A stretch of DNA of 64,000 nt. It comes from Girardia tigrina. Taxonomy: Eukaryota. The stretch covers positions 1 through 64,000 of the forward strand of contig MQRK01233587.1 in assembly GCA_001938485.1 (NCBI GenBank), given 5' to 3'. Both the position numbers and the translations under genes were made by a program. The notes beneath the pieces were generated by a model that saw only the letters and a program-made list of their open reading frames with translations, was not told where the DNA came from and ran no database searches. Position 1 is the stretch's first letter; each line of letters opens with the position of its first letter. Below are positions 24,790 through 37,900 of the stretch, in pieces.

Positions 24790-25400
24790 TCGGCCCCCTC
24801 TCAGAATGAATCGACCATAGGTCTTCAACAATTGTCTAAAAATATTTTGAAAATTGTTGATTTTCAGTCGAGAAAGATGTTCATCTAAAAAGCCCAAACG
24901 GAAAAATCGAAGGCTGATTGATTGGAGCTATTTAGAGGAAACAAATCCTTCCAGAGATATTCTTTGATTTTCTAGATCAAGAAAGTCAGTGTGCTCTGAT
25001 TTACGTCGACATGCTCGCAGTCTTGTTTGAGGATCAGTCCTGGATTTATTTGGTTCGACAGAATGATGGACTTTTTAGTAATCTCATCTTGGTCAATATC
25101 GGCGTTTATTCTAATGCTTTTGGTAAAAAAAATCAGCTCCATTGTGCCATTTAAACTTTAAACCATTAAACGTTTTAAAACAACGTCTTTGTTGCAATTT
25201 TTCTGTTACGGCTATTTTTTGACCTGATGAAAAGAGTTATCAATGATTAGATGCCATTAAGGCGATACACCGAAGAAACCTTTCTTGAGACGTTTTTATT
25301 TTGCTTTGTCTGTTAACTGCTGTTCGTTCAAATGTTTTTTTTGTACCCGATTGATTAAAGAGTCAATCAAGCCTTTCTGCGACTTTTTGCGTTATTATTA
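24790..25400 (-). mobile_element. Highly degenerate Tc1/mariner-superfamily transposase
   Basis: RINAD...LKQD...KDLFPLNSSNQSAFDFSVWAFL corresponds to FQQD...WPPxSPDLNPLDFxVW. Confidence 0.55.
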
Positions 25401-26069
25401 AGGTTTACACAGTCATTCTGGTTATGCAATTCATGATTATTTCTCCAGATTTTTACAGTTAATAGACGACCCTGTTTTTTCTAATCATACAATTGTACTT
25501 AAATACAATGAAAATGTCGTTATACTTAAAATTCAAAAGAAACTACATATGATACTGTAGAATAAATTTTAATTCATAAACAAATACAGTAGATGATCAG
25601 TGAGGAGAAAAACTCTGTAATGAACAAAGAAAATTAATTATATGCACTCATCGGCCAACTTGTATAAAAAATAAATTCTGATATAAAATGACTGTACTAG
25701 TATATAAAAAAGGCATTACATTACGAGAAATATGATAAAAAGAAGATGATTGTGACCAAAAGTCGCAGTAGTCAATTGTGAAACAAAGCGCGAACTATCC
25801 TCTAAAATCAAAACTTCTGGAGTTTGTAACCAATTTTAGCCTGCATTTCACTGGAAAATATATGTTGTCCTTAAAAGTCAAATTAATCTGTGAGATAAGA
25901 AAATATGAGTTGTTTAAATAATATCGAAGAAGTGTGTTATTTAAAAAAATATTTTTATTGATTGATTCTCTTGTCATTGATTATCATTAATCAAGGGCAG
26001 ATCCAGGTGGGGTAGGGCTGGGTAAAGGTGGTAATAACCCCCTTGGATACGTCCTAGCCTCTAAACCTA

Positions 26070-26419
26070 CCTGAGTTATACGCAATGAAACAAGAGGCTC
26101 AAGCTCGGCAGAACCCATTTGTCTGACGAAGATTTTGATGATTTAAAAATGTAAAGTGGGCGCCACATCGTCTACGTGAGATCTGGGCTGGCCCGATCGT
26201 CGTAAATTGATCCTGGGACTTGGATCGAGAGAAACTGCTGAAAAAAAGTAATAGCCTACCGGTTTCGGATGGTGTTGGGATATAGTGGGGGCCACCATCT
26301 TGCCCGTCAGCTTCGGAATGATGTCGATGCGATTTGAGGTCCGGTGAGTTGTCGAACAGCTTTGTGAGAAAATTGAAACAGTTTTCGACGCATAAATCCT
26401 CTAATGAGCTGATATGCAT
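26070..26419 (-). pseudogene. Degraded host-gene exon, possibly a ZYG11/ZER1-like N-terminus
   Basis: SSLEDLCVENCFNFL resembles a BC/VHL box; GC-elevated; ends at a cag|gtaggt donor-like site. Confidence 0.3.
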
Positions 26420-27886
26420 TTTGGAGATATATGAAAGAAAGAGAGAGATATAGGTAGATGTAAACAGAGGTTGTGGTAGAAAAAAACTTCAAGTAAAAAT
26501 GCCAGAATGAGATAAAAAGAAAATAATCGAAAAATATTGAAAATGTTTATTGCCATTAAAAAGATTCGAATAATCCACCGGAAATAAGACTTATTTACAT
26601 GGTTAAAACAAAATTAATTTAGTTAATTCTTTTTTTTAAATTAATTTCCGACATTTTTTTACGTTCTAATGTTGTCGATTCACTCCATTTTTTAAAATTA
26701 AATATCGTATTTTTTGCACATTTTTTTGTTAGTTTTGATAAAATTAAATTAGTTGATTAATAATTAATTTAGTTAAAATTAAATTAATAGTTAAATTAAT
26801 AAATTGCGGTCACTACAATAAACATCTTTTGTAGTGTGTTTTTTGCATTCTACTTCGTCTTTTTTGTATTTAAATCACTCTTTTTAAATTAAAATTCTTT
26901 AATTTTGCATTCAAATTACCCCCCACCTTGGAATTTCAAATTTAAACATAAAACCTTGTAGATGCATTTATGGTTTTGACAAAGAAAACTCAAATTTTAT
27001 CGGTCCCCAACGTTTCATAGTTTGATTATTAACTTTCTCAAGAGTTCAATAATCTAATGAGCTACAAGGTCATATTCTACGGAACTTATTTTGTTTAGAG
27101 ACATTATAACAAAATACACCAATATTTGATACAAAACGTTTACTCTTTCTTAAGTTAAAGTCCACAACATTCAGTCCGTTGGTCTATTATGTCAAAAAGT
27201 ATTTATCATAAAACAACAAAATTTGGCATGCAACTTAAGAATATGACACGGGCGTTACCAAAATTTTTCGTAGAAATATACAGGGTATTAAAAAATTTAT
27301 GGCCAAAAATGTAGTTTTTTGAAATGGAATTGTTATAATATATTTAATTTTTAGAACGTACTTAATAAATGCTATTTAAAAATATCATATTTTATACAGG
27401 TTGATCCAAAAGTAAGGGGACGACTAAATATTTCGAAAACTAATGTTCATAGAAAAAACTTTTCTACAAAAGTTTTAAGAAATTAAATGTTATTTATAAA
27501 ATTTATAAAACTCTCAAAGAATATTAATTCAATTTTTTATTAAGATATGTTTATATTTGTGTAAATTGTTTAAAGGTATGTGAATGTAGATGCGTCGACG
27601 TTTTGCAAAAAGTAGTTTGCAATCTTATAATAAAAATCAATGTTTTACTCTTCGGGAACTAACAAACTACGGGCATCACGTAAAGAAAAAGTCAGTTTTT
27701 AAGAGCAACCTGAATGTCGAACTCCGACGACTATTGACAAAAATATGTAGCACACTCCAGAACTCCTCCAACGAATACTTTTATGCAGGTAATGATCTTG
27801 TGGAACTTGGACTTGTGTCAGTAACAGAAAAATATGCCATGCAATCGTTAGTGCAAGCATTTGACATCTCACTTTGTTTGACATCG

Positions 27887-29620
27887 TCCTTTAACTTCTT
27901 TTATAGAATATTGCAGATTTAAATAATCTGCTCCTAAAAGCCTGTCAACCTGATTCTGATTTACGAAATTTCCAAACGGAATGTCCTTCAAGTGTAGCCA
28001 TTTGCATTTTATCTTTTCCAAATCACACACTTTTAAGTCTCTCGTTACGTCATCTACGACTAATAGACTCAGTCTTTGTCTTAACGATCCATTTGTGGAA
28101 TTCAGTTCAACATTTACTCTATCAGCTTTTACTGATTTGGTACCATTCAAAACTCGAATTTTCATTTCTTTGGTTTCTCCGACTAAACCCAACTTGTCAG
28201 CCACATTTTTATTAATGAAAGAATTTGTGCTAGCGTCGTCAAGTAATAGGTTCACTCTGAGTCGATTTACTTTATTTATTAGATAAACGGGAATGGTTCT
28301 CAAAGACACAGAGAATTCATTTTCCTCTATGAGATCAGTGAAAAATGTCCCACCACTCAGAATCTGATTAAACTCTTCTTGTGGTGTTTTGCCTTTTCGC
28401 TCTTCTTTACTTTCCGTGTGTTTATTTTGATCTGAACTTAAAACATCTTTTTTCGAGTGTAGGTTTCTACAGTTGGTACGAATATACAATTGCCGGATTC
28501 GAAATATTTGCATTTGATTGGAATTTCTTCCTTTGTTAAATCGTGTATGTATCTGCATGCATTTCCTCTTCTACAAATTCCTTTTTGAAAATCCCAACAT
28601 AGTGTCCTTCCAAATTCTCTTTCTGGTTGAGCTGCCCTTTTTTCTTTCTTTTGAAAAAAATCTTTTCCACTACATATTTCTCGAATATCTTTCTTTCGAT
28701 CTTTGGGATTAAATACGCCGATACCATGAACGGCTTCCACATCGGTCCGCTTTATTTCTACTTCATTTATCAGCCAATCGTTTAAAACTGATAAATTTTG
28801 AGGTTTTCCTTCTGAAAGCTGAGTTCTCTCCCAGCGCTCGACTAAAACTTCAGGTAATTTTGCCAACAAAGTAATGTAGAGTAATCATCCTTCAATCTCC
28901 ACTTCCTTGTTATTATTCTCTGATCTGGAAATAATAGCTTCCAACAATCCTACGAAACATTCTAGGTCCTTTAAATTATTTGCCCTCACTGGAAAGAACT
29001 CATTTATTTCTCTCATTTAATTGGTGTATTGCCTCTAAGTACCTCCATATCGTTTGTCCAATTTGGCTAATATCGTTTTGTAGGATTCTTTGGTTATTTC
29101 GATGTTTTTGATCAATGCTTTTGGTTCGCCAACAAGGCATTGATCCAACATTATTTGCTTCGCAATATCTGTCATCTTTGAGGAATTGACACATGCCTCG
29201 AAAGTTCGCTTCCATTTTTCATACTCACCCACATTTCCAAAAAAAATGGGTAAGATGACCGGTTGGAATTTTATCTTCCACCATCTGAACTCGTTCCTCT
29301 TCTTTGATCTGTTTATGATTGATGTTGAATCTCTGCTTTGCAGCTGCCAGCACCTCTTCGTTTTTATCTTCTAATTTTGTCAATTCCTTGTCGATTATTT
29401 GGCTGTACTCCTTTTTCTTTAACCGTTTGGTATTAATTTCGATTGTTTCGAAATCCTTCAGCACTTCAATATAGCATTCGTTATACGAAACCATCGTTCT
29501 ATTGAGTTCTTCAGTTGATATTTCCTCATGTCCGAGCTTACTTCTTAATTGTAATAATTTATCCTTTGAACTCCTTCGGCAAAGCATTTTTCTGTCTAAT
29601 TCATCTTCATCCATTTCCAT
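27887..29620 (-). mobile_element. BEL/Pao LTR retrotransposon gag-protease relic (frameshifted; RT, RNase H and integrase absent)
   Basis: DUF1759-type LPIFFGNVGEYEKWKRTF..K..L...LVGEP..Y...L.KRYGG; KLPEVLVERW; Pao protease LRTIPV..VNLLLDDASTNSFINKNVADKLGL..VDRLLGADY. Confidence 0.88.
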
Positions 29621-29848
29621 GCCTCCTTTCAGGCCAAGCAGAAGATAAATTGTAGCATTCTTAGTTATATTGCTCTCCTTTATTGACATTTCATCTCTTA
29701 AAACTTTCCCAGTGAACCATAATTTTTGCAGGGTACTTAGAGTTCCCTCCTTGTTTTCAATTTTCGTTTTGATGTGCTTTATTGTTTCTCGATTCTTCAC
29801 ATCCGAGGCAATTGTTTTGCCAGAAAGTGTTTTTATGAATATCTGCAA
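29621..29848 (-). CDS. Ubiquitin-like domain (76 aa) inside ORF 29225..30370
   Basis: LQIFIKTLSGKTI...KEG...GK.L.D...NI.K..T..L.LGLKGG is colinear and ungapped against ubiquitin; 35/76 identities by manual count. Confidence 0.93.
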
Positions 29849-29911
29849 ATCTGTTTCTTTTCCTTCAAACCTTTTCTTTTCATCCTCATCTTCCAGTAAA
29901 TCGAGATCTTT

Positions 29912-30801
29912 ACTGCCAATCGACTTCAATTCCAACACAGATGATTCTTTCAATTCACAATTCACCTTGCCATTATCACTCAAATTGTCATCGGTCACTT
30001 TAATCTCCACAAACTTCTGTCTCTGCTCGTTTACTCGAATCCTAATCATCGACACAGACCCGTTGTCCGACGTCCGATTCGACTTAATAATCTCAATCTT
30101 CGGTTTATTATCATTGATATCGTCCACATTAATGACGACCTCGGTGTCACTCAACACATCACTCGCTGTCGATTTATTCGCGTCAACTGCCGATAATTTA
30201 AAAGAAAATGTCCCGGTAGTTTTTGCCGACAATTTCTTATTCAAAATAATATCTCCATTATCTGGATCGATTTTAAGGAACACGGAAATTTGCCGATTGA
30301 TTCCTCGTGCCAATTCGTATTTCGTTTTGTTATATCTCGATCCGTCGGTGTCCACCGCGACGACTCTCATGACGACATTATTGTCGGGATGACTCTCAAG
30401 AATCTTTTTCTCGTATTTCGGGACTACGGATCGTTATCGTTCTGATCATCAACGTTGATGATGATGAGCGAGTGGATCAAGCAGTCTTTATTGTCGTCAC
30501 ATGCAAACAAGAACGCCTCGTTCACCTTCTTGATCTCGTAATTGATCGGTCTCGTCAAAACCACACTCAAATTCTCCAATGCCGAACTATCCAAAATGAA
30601 AGTGTTCGTCGTCTCACGGAAACTGTATCGCTGAAGGCGACTCGCCGCACCAACATCAACATCCAATACGCCGCCGACATCGCGAATTCCCCAACCAATC
30701 AGATCCGCCAACACAGAATCAATCCTCTTCACACCAAATTCATATTTTTTCATTTTCAATGTGACAAGTAACCAAGTTCTGCTACCAAATTTTCTGTTCA
30801 T
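29912..30801 (-). pseudogene. Protocadherin-type extracellular cadherin repeats (partial; one frameshift near 30424)
   Basis: Calcium-binding motifs LDVDVG, INYE, VDDQNDNDP, AVDTDG, AVDA, VDDINDNKP, VTDD..NGKVNCEL; no intron seen. Confidence 0.88.
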
Positions 30802-32016
30802 TTTTTGCAAATTTTAATTAATCGAAATGAATGAATTCAGTTCACTTTTTTTAATTTCAAGCAATCGAGTCACGTACACAATTTTTAATCTTTATTTCCA
30901 ATATTAAAATTCATTTTTCAAGTAAATAATAAATAATAATTAAATTGGTCAATTTAAACAAATTTGACCTTGAACCCAATTTTAATAATAATTTTTAAAT
31001 GTTTTTACAATTATAACTTGACAATTAAAATTAAATGTTTTTTATCAGATTTGTAATTAATTGGTTCATTTTGAATCTTCCAATTGTTATTGTCCGTATT
31101 TTGGAAGTTATTGTAATTTAATTACCTGAAATTATCCCATGGATAATGAAAATTACCAAGGGATAAACTTAAAAATTCAAAATAAAAATAATAACAATAA
31201 TAATTAGTAGTAATTACTTACCGCTGAAATACATATTGCATCAGTGTTATTTATCTCCTCGAAATTGTACTTAGAATAATTATTTCTTTGTAAAAAGAAA
31301 AGGTCGTCTCACCTAATTATTCGCAAAAAACTGAAGTTTACTCAAAACTTGACTGACAATTCCTTTTATAGCAAGAATTATATCTGGCGATTATTTTTTT
31401 ATTTTAGTTACATTACGTTATTTATTCCATTATGTTTGTTAAATTTGTTAGTCAATATTTTTCTGTGAATTTATTCGCGGCAATATATTTGTTTTCATTT
31501 ACTGATTCCTTCGCTGTTAATTTCTCTTTATAAAAGTAATCTCAGGTTCTGGAACTTTATGTTACTCTTACAAGAACAATTCTCAAATTATTCAAATATC
31601 TATTCTTTATTTTAATTTAAATTTTGTTTTTTTATTTATTTAAATTATTTTTTTAATTTATTTTCTTTTAATTATTTTATTATAACATATAAAATATAAA
31701 AGCGCAAGCAATATGCAATCAAAGGGTCAGGTATTACCATTCCATAAAGTCGATTGTAATTTCGATTTGAATTTGTCTTGAAAGGATGATTATCAATAAT
31801 GATAATACAAAAAGAAATATAATAATTATTTGAATTTAAATTCCGAAAAATATAATTTACTCTGAATGGCAAGACACAAAATCAATCAAAACAGCAGTGG
31901 CGATATTTGAATTTAAAATTAACCAACAGTTGAATAATAATGGCAGATCATATAAAATAGAAATTAAATTTTTAGCTTAGAATTGCAACTCACATAAAAA
32001 ATCATTTAATATATAG

Positions 32017-32037
32017 GAAGCCGGGTCCTACAGCTAG
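32017..32037 (+). mobile_element. Possible Helitron 3' terminus
   Basis: GAAGCCGGGT...CAGCTAG followed by T; 5' arm of the hairpin not evident. Confidence 0.4.
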
Positions 32038-32721
32038 TATGCCTATAAAAATTATTATAAATTTAGTTTCCGAATTTACAAAAATCCTTCATTAAGACAA
32101 AAATATAAAGTTTAGAAAATTAAAATTTCATTATGAACGAATATCCAAATCAACATTGACTGAAAAGTCTATTTCGAAATCTGTGAAACTTTTTATAACA
32201 GACCCATGGAGGATACCCAAAAATTATTTATATATTCATTTTATAATTTAAAAATTATATGATGATTTGAAAAGATTTTGGTTTTAAGACTACCTTGAAC
32301 AAGTAAAATGGTTTCATTGTTTCGTGTGGATCTTAATTTGTTAATGTATGTCTGTTTTAAAATAACATTAAAATAAATAAAATTTATTTCTAATATATTT
32401 TAAATTGACAGAGTCACAAGAAATATAGCGACCAACAGATGGAGAGTAGCTTGAAAATCCCAGGCCTTGTCTCTGTAGATAAATTCTTTGCTGAAGCGAT
32501 TGGTTGTTGTTAAAGAAAACAAATAGCAATGTAATTTGATTAACTCCGAGAGACATTTTTTGCTTCTAAGAATAATATTTCCTTTTTCTTAATTTAGCAT
32601 ATATATATATATATATANNNNNNNNNNNNNNNNNNNNNNNNNNNNNNNNNNNNNNNNNNNNNNNNNNNNNNNNTATATATATATATATATATAGCATTTT
32701 GTGAAGTCCCAACTTTTTATA

Positions 32722-34567
32722 CAGTTAAACCTGCATAAAGCAACCACCGATCTTTTCAGACCACAAATTTTGAACCAAAAGTTTCTGCACTGAATTTTAC
32801 ACAGCCATTCCCACCACCAACCTAATGTTTATTCTGACCACCCTCTTTAGGTACCACGATTAAAAATTACCAGTTTTTACGATGTTAGCCAATAAAAAGA
32901 AATTTGGAACCTAAAGAAAACCTTTTTTCATTACTGGGTTATTAGGTTCTTGATTAAGAATAGAATTCATCAACACAAAACTTTATTTCAGTCACAATAA
33001 CAATTATTTAAACAATTTTTCTTGTGGAACTTTTCTTTTGTTTTCTTTTGACCAGATTAATTATATATAAAAATACTGGATTATAAATACAGATAAGTTA
33101 TTTATTAAAAACGATATTTTAAAAATTGAATTTTTTAATTACAATTATTTTATAGATTACCATTTTAATGTTTTATAAAATTTCTTCGAAGTACATTATA
33201 AATCTACATAATTTAATTTTTATTTTATATCCTTTTTTAAAACGTCTATTAGCTAATTTACAATTATTTTTATTAATTTCAAATTATTTTGACGTTTTTA
33301 TTTCAATATTTAATTTAAAAACAATTTAACATTTATATAATTTAAATATAAAAAAATAAGAAAATTGAAATTTATTATTTTACTCTAAAATTTATGTTAA
33401 TTATAAAATTTTAATGGCTGTTTTATTATTTACAAAGCTGTGTAAAATTTAATTATTTATCAAATTATTAATTTACAGAACTTTCAACTAACTTTAATAT
33501 TTAAAATTATCTGTTTTTAAAAATTACATTTCTATCAATCAAAATTTCATTAATTTTATTTTCGAGAATAACGTTTAAAATTAATTTTAAACATATAATT
33601 TTCCTTGACTTTATATATTTTTTTTAAATTAATCATTTTAAGTTTATCAAAAAATACTTAACCAAAAATTCCAAGTAATTCGTTTCATGGACCACGCACC
33701 ATCTCACAAACATGATTTACGACTGACGAATACCAAAATAATGTTCTTGCCACCAAATGCAACTGCTGCTTCTCAGCCATTTGATCAAGGAATTATTCAG
33801 GCCATGAAAGTTAATTACCGAAAAACCTTTCTTCATGCAATATGTTTATGTGTCGATACAAAAGCAGATGATGTTCATAAATCTATTGAATAGCTGAGGA
33901 AGTCTGCCACAATTCTAAATGCTGTTTGCTGGATCGCAAAAGCTGTTCGGGAGATTATTCATGCTGCAGTTATGTGATGTGTTTCTAATCGTGGATTTCC
34001 TGTAGTTTTTGCACCTTTCTTCAGCTTCACAGCGAATGATTATGTGCCAGATATTCAGGGTCTTATTAATTTGTCTTCTAATGTTCTTCATTATCCAGAA
34101 TCATCGGTTATGTCTGTTGACAAATTCTTTAATGTTGACAATGAATTGCCTACCGAAATGGAAGCCGGTGTTAGCACAGATGGGGAGGAAATAGAAATTA
34201 AATCTTTCTCGGAGGAACAAAAGTAGATACATTTTCTGGGTAAGTGCCTTACCTGAAAAAAGCAGAAGAAGTGCAATGTCATGCTCTGGAATTAAGAATG
34301 CATGGTAAACAATTGACAATAGACTCTTTCGTGAAAAGAAAAGAATTTCTTTGAAATAAGTAAATGTTATTTCCGTTTCACTTTTTATTCATTGAAAAAA
34401 AGCCTTGCGTGGCTACTTTTTCACAAATTTTAGGTAAAAAATATGAGCACCTTTATTTTACTCGTATCTTAATAATACAACAATATGAACTGTCTAATCC
34501 GACCACCTTTGTATTAAGACCGGCTACACTGGACCACGAGGGTGGATTTAATATGCAGGTTCTACCG
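32722..34567 (+). mobile_element. Tigger/pogo DNA transposon, deleted and interrupted by an AT-rich insertion
   Basis: TA-flanked imperfect TIRs CAGTTAAACCTGCATA / TATGCAGGTTCTACCG; DDE_1 motif MDHAPSH...FLPPNATAASQPFDQGII at 33687. Confidence 0.8.
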
Positions 34568-34989
34568 TACGTACTAACCTTATGTATGATTACTTAAAAC
34601 TAAAATAAATATGAAATAATTAATTTAATATGAATAAATTAATTAAACTATCGATAAATTAATTACATCGAAAAATGAAAAATTAAATGCAATAAATAGC
34701 AATAAAAATAAAATTCAGATAATAATAATTATGATCATATTGATTTTGTTTTGACTTCTCCGTACTCTTAAGGTTTCAAAGAAATTAAAAACTTAAAATT
34801 TAAAAATGTTGTATTAATATTAAATATTAAGAACACTGTAAACTGCATTTACTTAAATTAAAAATATTATTTTTAATTATTAAAAAAAGATTTTAAAACA
34901 ACTATTGTTGTTTTAATAATCAGAATTATCAAATAATAAATTTTCAAAAATCGTGTTTTATTGTTCTTTTAATAATCGATGGATGAAAT

Positions 34990-37900
34990 TTACAGCGGTG
35001 TCAGAACTAGTTCGCTCGATTGAAACCAAGTCTCTACGAAACTGCCACAATACTTCGATGCGGCGGACATGTTGTTTCGACAAGTTGAGGCCGTTTTCAA
35101 ATTGTCCAAGACCTCCAGCGAAACGACGAAATTCCTTCACTACATTGCCAGCCTTCCACCATACATTCTCATGGAGTTTCAAGACTACTTCAATAACGAA
35201 TCGGCAACACCGTACACGGATCTCCAACAAGCAATAATCCGGAGTCGCAAACAACCATAATCATTTTGATGCGCCTTTCTCTGCTAACAACATTGGCGAC
35301 TGACGTCCGTCGGAGCACCTAAGCATTCTACAGCGTCATCGTGCACAACTCGGACCGACTTCCGAGGACGATCAAATTCTATGGAACACCTTCCTGTGGG
35401 CACTTCCAATTGAAATCCAGAAACAACTCATCGCGAATGGGAGCCAAACCTTATCACACCTAACTTACTCGCAGATGATCTACTCAGGGTTAAACAAACC
35501 AACTGTATAAATGTCGCGGAAACAAATCCTTTCCTAGCCCAAATTGAGTAACTCACGGATGAAATAAATCAAATCAAAAGGAGAATCGATAAAAGCGAAA
35601 ACCAAAACCAGACCGTCATATGCTATTATCATCGCAAATTCGGTCACAAAGCACAGAAATGTCTCAAACCATACAACTTGAACGAACACAAATCTTTGGG
35701 AAAAGTCAAAGATTCGGCGTGAAACCGGTAAGGCTGAATCACACAAAACCACCGGATCAGGTATTCTCAATTTTTACTGTTCCAGCCACCACAAACAACA
35801 AGATACTTCACTTTCTTGTCAATACGGGCACCGACGTAAGCATCCTACCCTACAGTTTATTCCAACCCAGTGGCGGATCGGAAACTCAGAAGCTCGTGAC
35901 AGCAAATGGGCAGGATATCCATACCTATGGGAGACATACGATCGAATTCCAGTTCACAGGGATACAAAAAAATTCAAGTGGAGCTTTATACTGGCCGACG
36001 TTCTGAGACAGATTTTAGGATCAAACTTCCTTGCTCACGAGGACATCACTGTCGACCGCAAAAGGAAAGAAATCTCAACAAGAAACCACACTATCTCGGG
36101 ATCAGCAAAGACATGCCACAGCGTCACGCCCTCAGCAACCGAGGTCACACCCGCATTGAGAATAGAAACAAACGGTCCTGCAATAGCCCAGAAACCGAGA
36201 AGAATTAGGAATCACATTCTCAACACGATCCGCGAGGAATTCGATCGCCTATTAGCAGAAGGCACAATTAGAAGAAGCACGAGCTCCTGGTCATCTTATT
36301 TACCGTTCTTGCGGTAACTACAGGCTTTTAAATTCTGTAACACGGCCGGATAGCTACACTCTGCCCAGAATATCAGACATTCTCGATCGAATATCCGGGA
36401 AAACAGTCTTTTCAACGCTAGATCTAAGAAAAGCGTTTCACCAAATTCCGATTCATGAGACCGACATCCACAAGACGGCCGCAACGACACCCTTCGGGCT
36501 ATTTGAATATACCACCATGCTCTTTGGCTTACGCAATGCATCTCAGATGTTTCAAAGATACATGGATGCTTTGCTTCACGGCGGTGAAGCCTTCGCAGCC
36601 TGCTACATTGATGACATCATCATATTTTCGGACTCGCTCGAGCAACATGAACAACATCTGTCACATATAATTAGCCTACTGCAACAGAAATCATTAAAAA
36701 TAAACGAAGATTAATGCAAATTCAGAGCAACCGAAGTCCAATTCATTGGCTTTATGATTTCCAAGAGTGGGTTCAAACCCATCCAGAAACGAATTTACGA
36801 CATCGCAAGCCTCAAAGAACCAGGCGATACAAAAGCGCTCCGAAGGTTCCTGGGAGCAGCTGTATTTTATCCATGGATGATTCCAAAATTTTACAAAACA
36901 ATGGCTCCACTCCATGATCTGCTCAATAAATCGAACAGAAACAAGAAAATCACACTGAATGCCTCACAAAAACAAGCGTTTTACTCAATCAAACAGAAGC
37001 TCAACGAAATCACCAATATGGAACCATTCGATCATAAAAAGGATCTAATTCTTTGCACTGATGCCTCAAAGACAACCGTGGGAGCAAACCTTAACGATGA
37101 AATCAATGGGCAACTTGCATCGATAGCATTCTTTTCATGAAAGCTAACGGTAGCCGAACAAAAATTTTCAACCCTTGACTGAGAGCTGCTCGCTATATAT
37201 CTGGCCACCAAGAAGTTCAAACATTATCTAGAAGGTTATAAGATTCTTTATCTTTAAGATTCTAACAGATCACAAGCCTCTCATATACATTCAGTCCATG
37301 AATGAACCATCCAACAGACAATGGAGGCACTAGAAATCCTTAATCAATTCTCGTTTAAGCTGCAATACATAAAGGGCTCTGAGAATATTGTTGCAGATTT
37401 CCTCTCCGAGAACCAGGAAGATCTGATCGAAATAACGGAGATATCCAAATCTGATCTCATCAACGAGCAAGATAAAGAGAAAAATTATCTTTTCTCAGAC
37501 AATGAATTAAAAGTCAGAACAGAGGGAGGAATTCTAATAGACGTAGCCAATGGAAAGAAACAAGTCATTTTATCAAGCAAGTTTCGCCATTCCGAGTTTC
37601 AGCATTCAGTTTCAGTTTCCGGTACTAACAAAACCATTGATCTAATCCGAGCCCGCTATGTTTGGAAAAGGATGAAAGCAGACATCCGAAAATGGAACCG
37701 AGAATGTCACAAGTGTCAATCAACAAAAATAACCAGACAAACCAAATCGAAACTTGGCAAACTTCAGGACAGAGGCAGATTCAAAGTACTACACATGGAC
37801 ATTATTGGCCCACTGCCGATGGCAGAAGGTAAACGCTATTTATTGATATTCACTGACAGGCACTCCTCATGGCCCGAAGCGGTTCCTATCAATGATATCA

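Noticed and set aside
25220-25290. Hammerhead ribozyme (CTGATGA...GAAA)
   Set aside because: Could not form the flanking stems or a cleavage triplet; lies within a transposase relic.
29670-30392. 240-aa + strand ORF
   Set aside because: Antisense shadow of the cadherin-ubiquitin frame; Ser/Phe-rich with no motifs. The same applies to most overlapping ORFs in the track.
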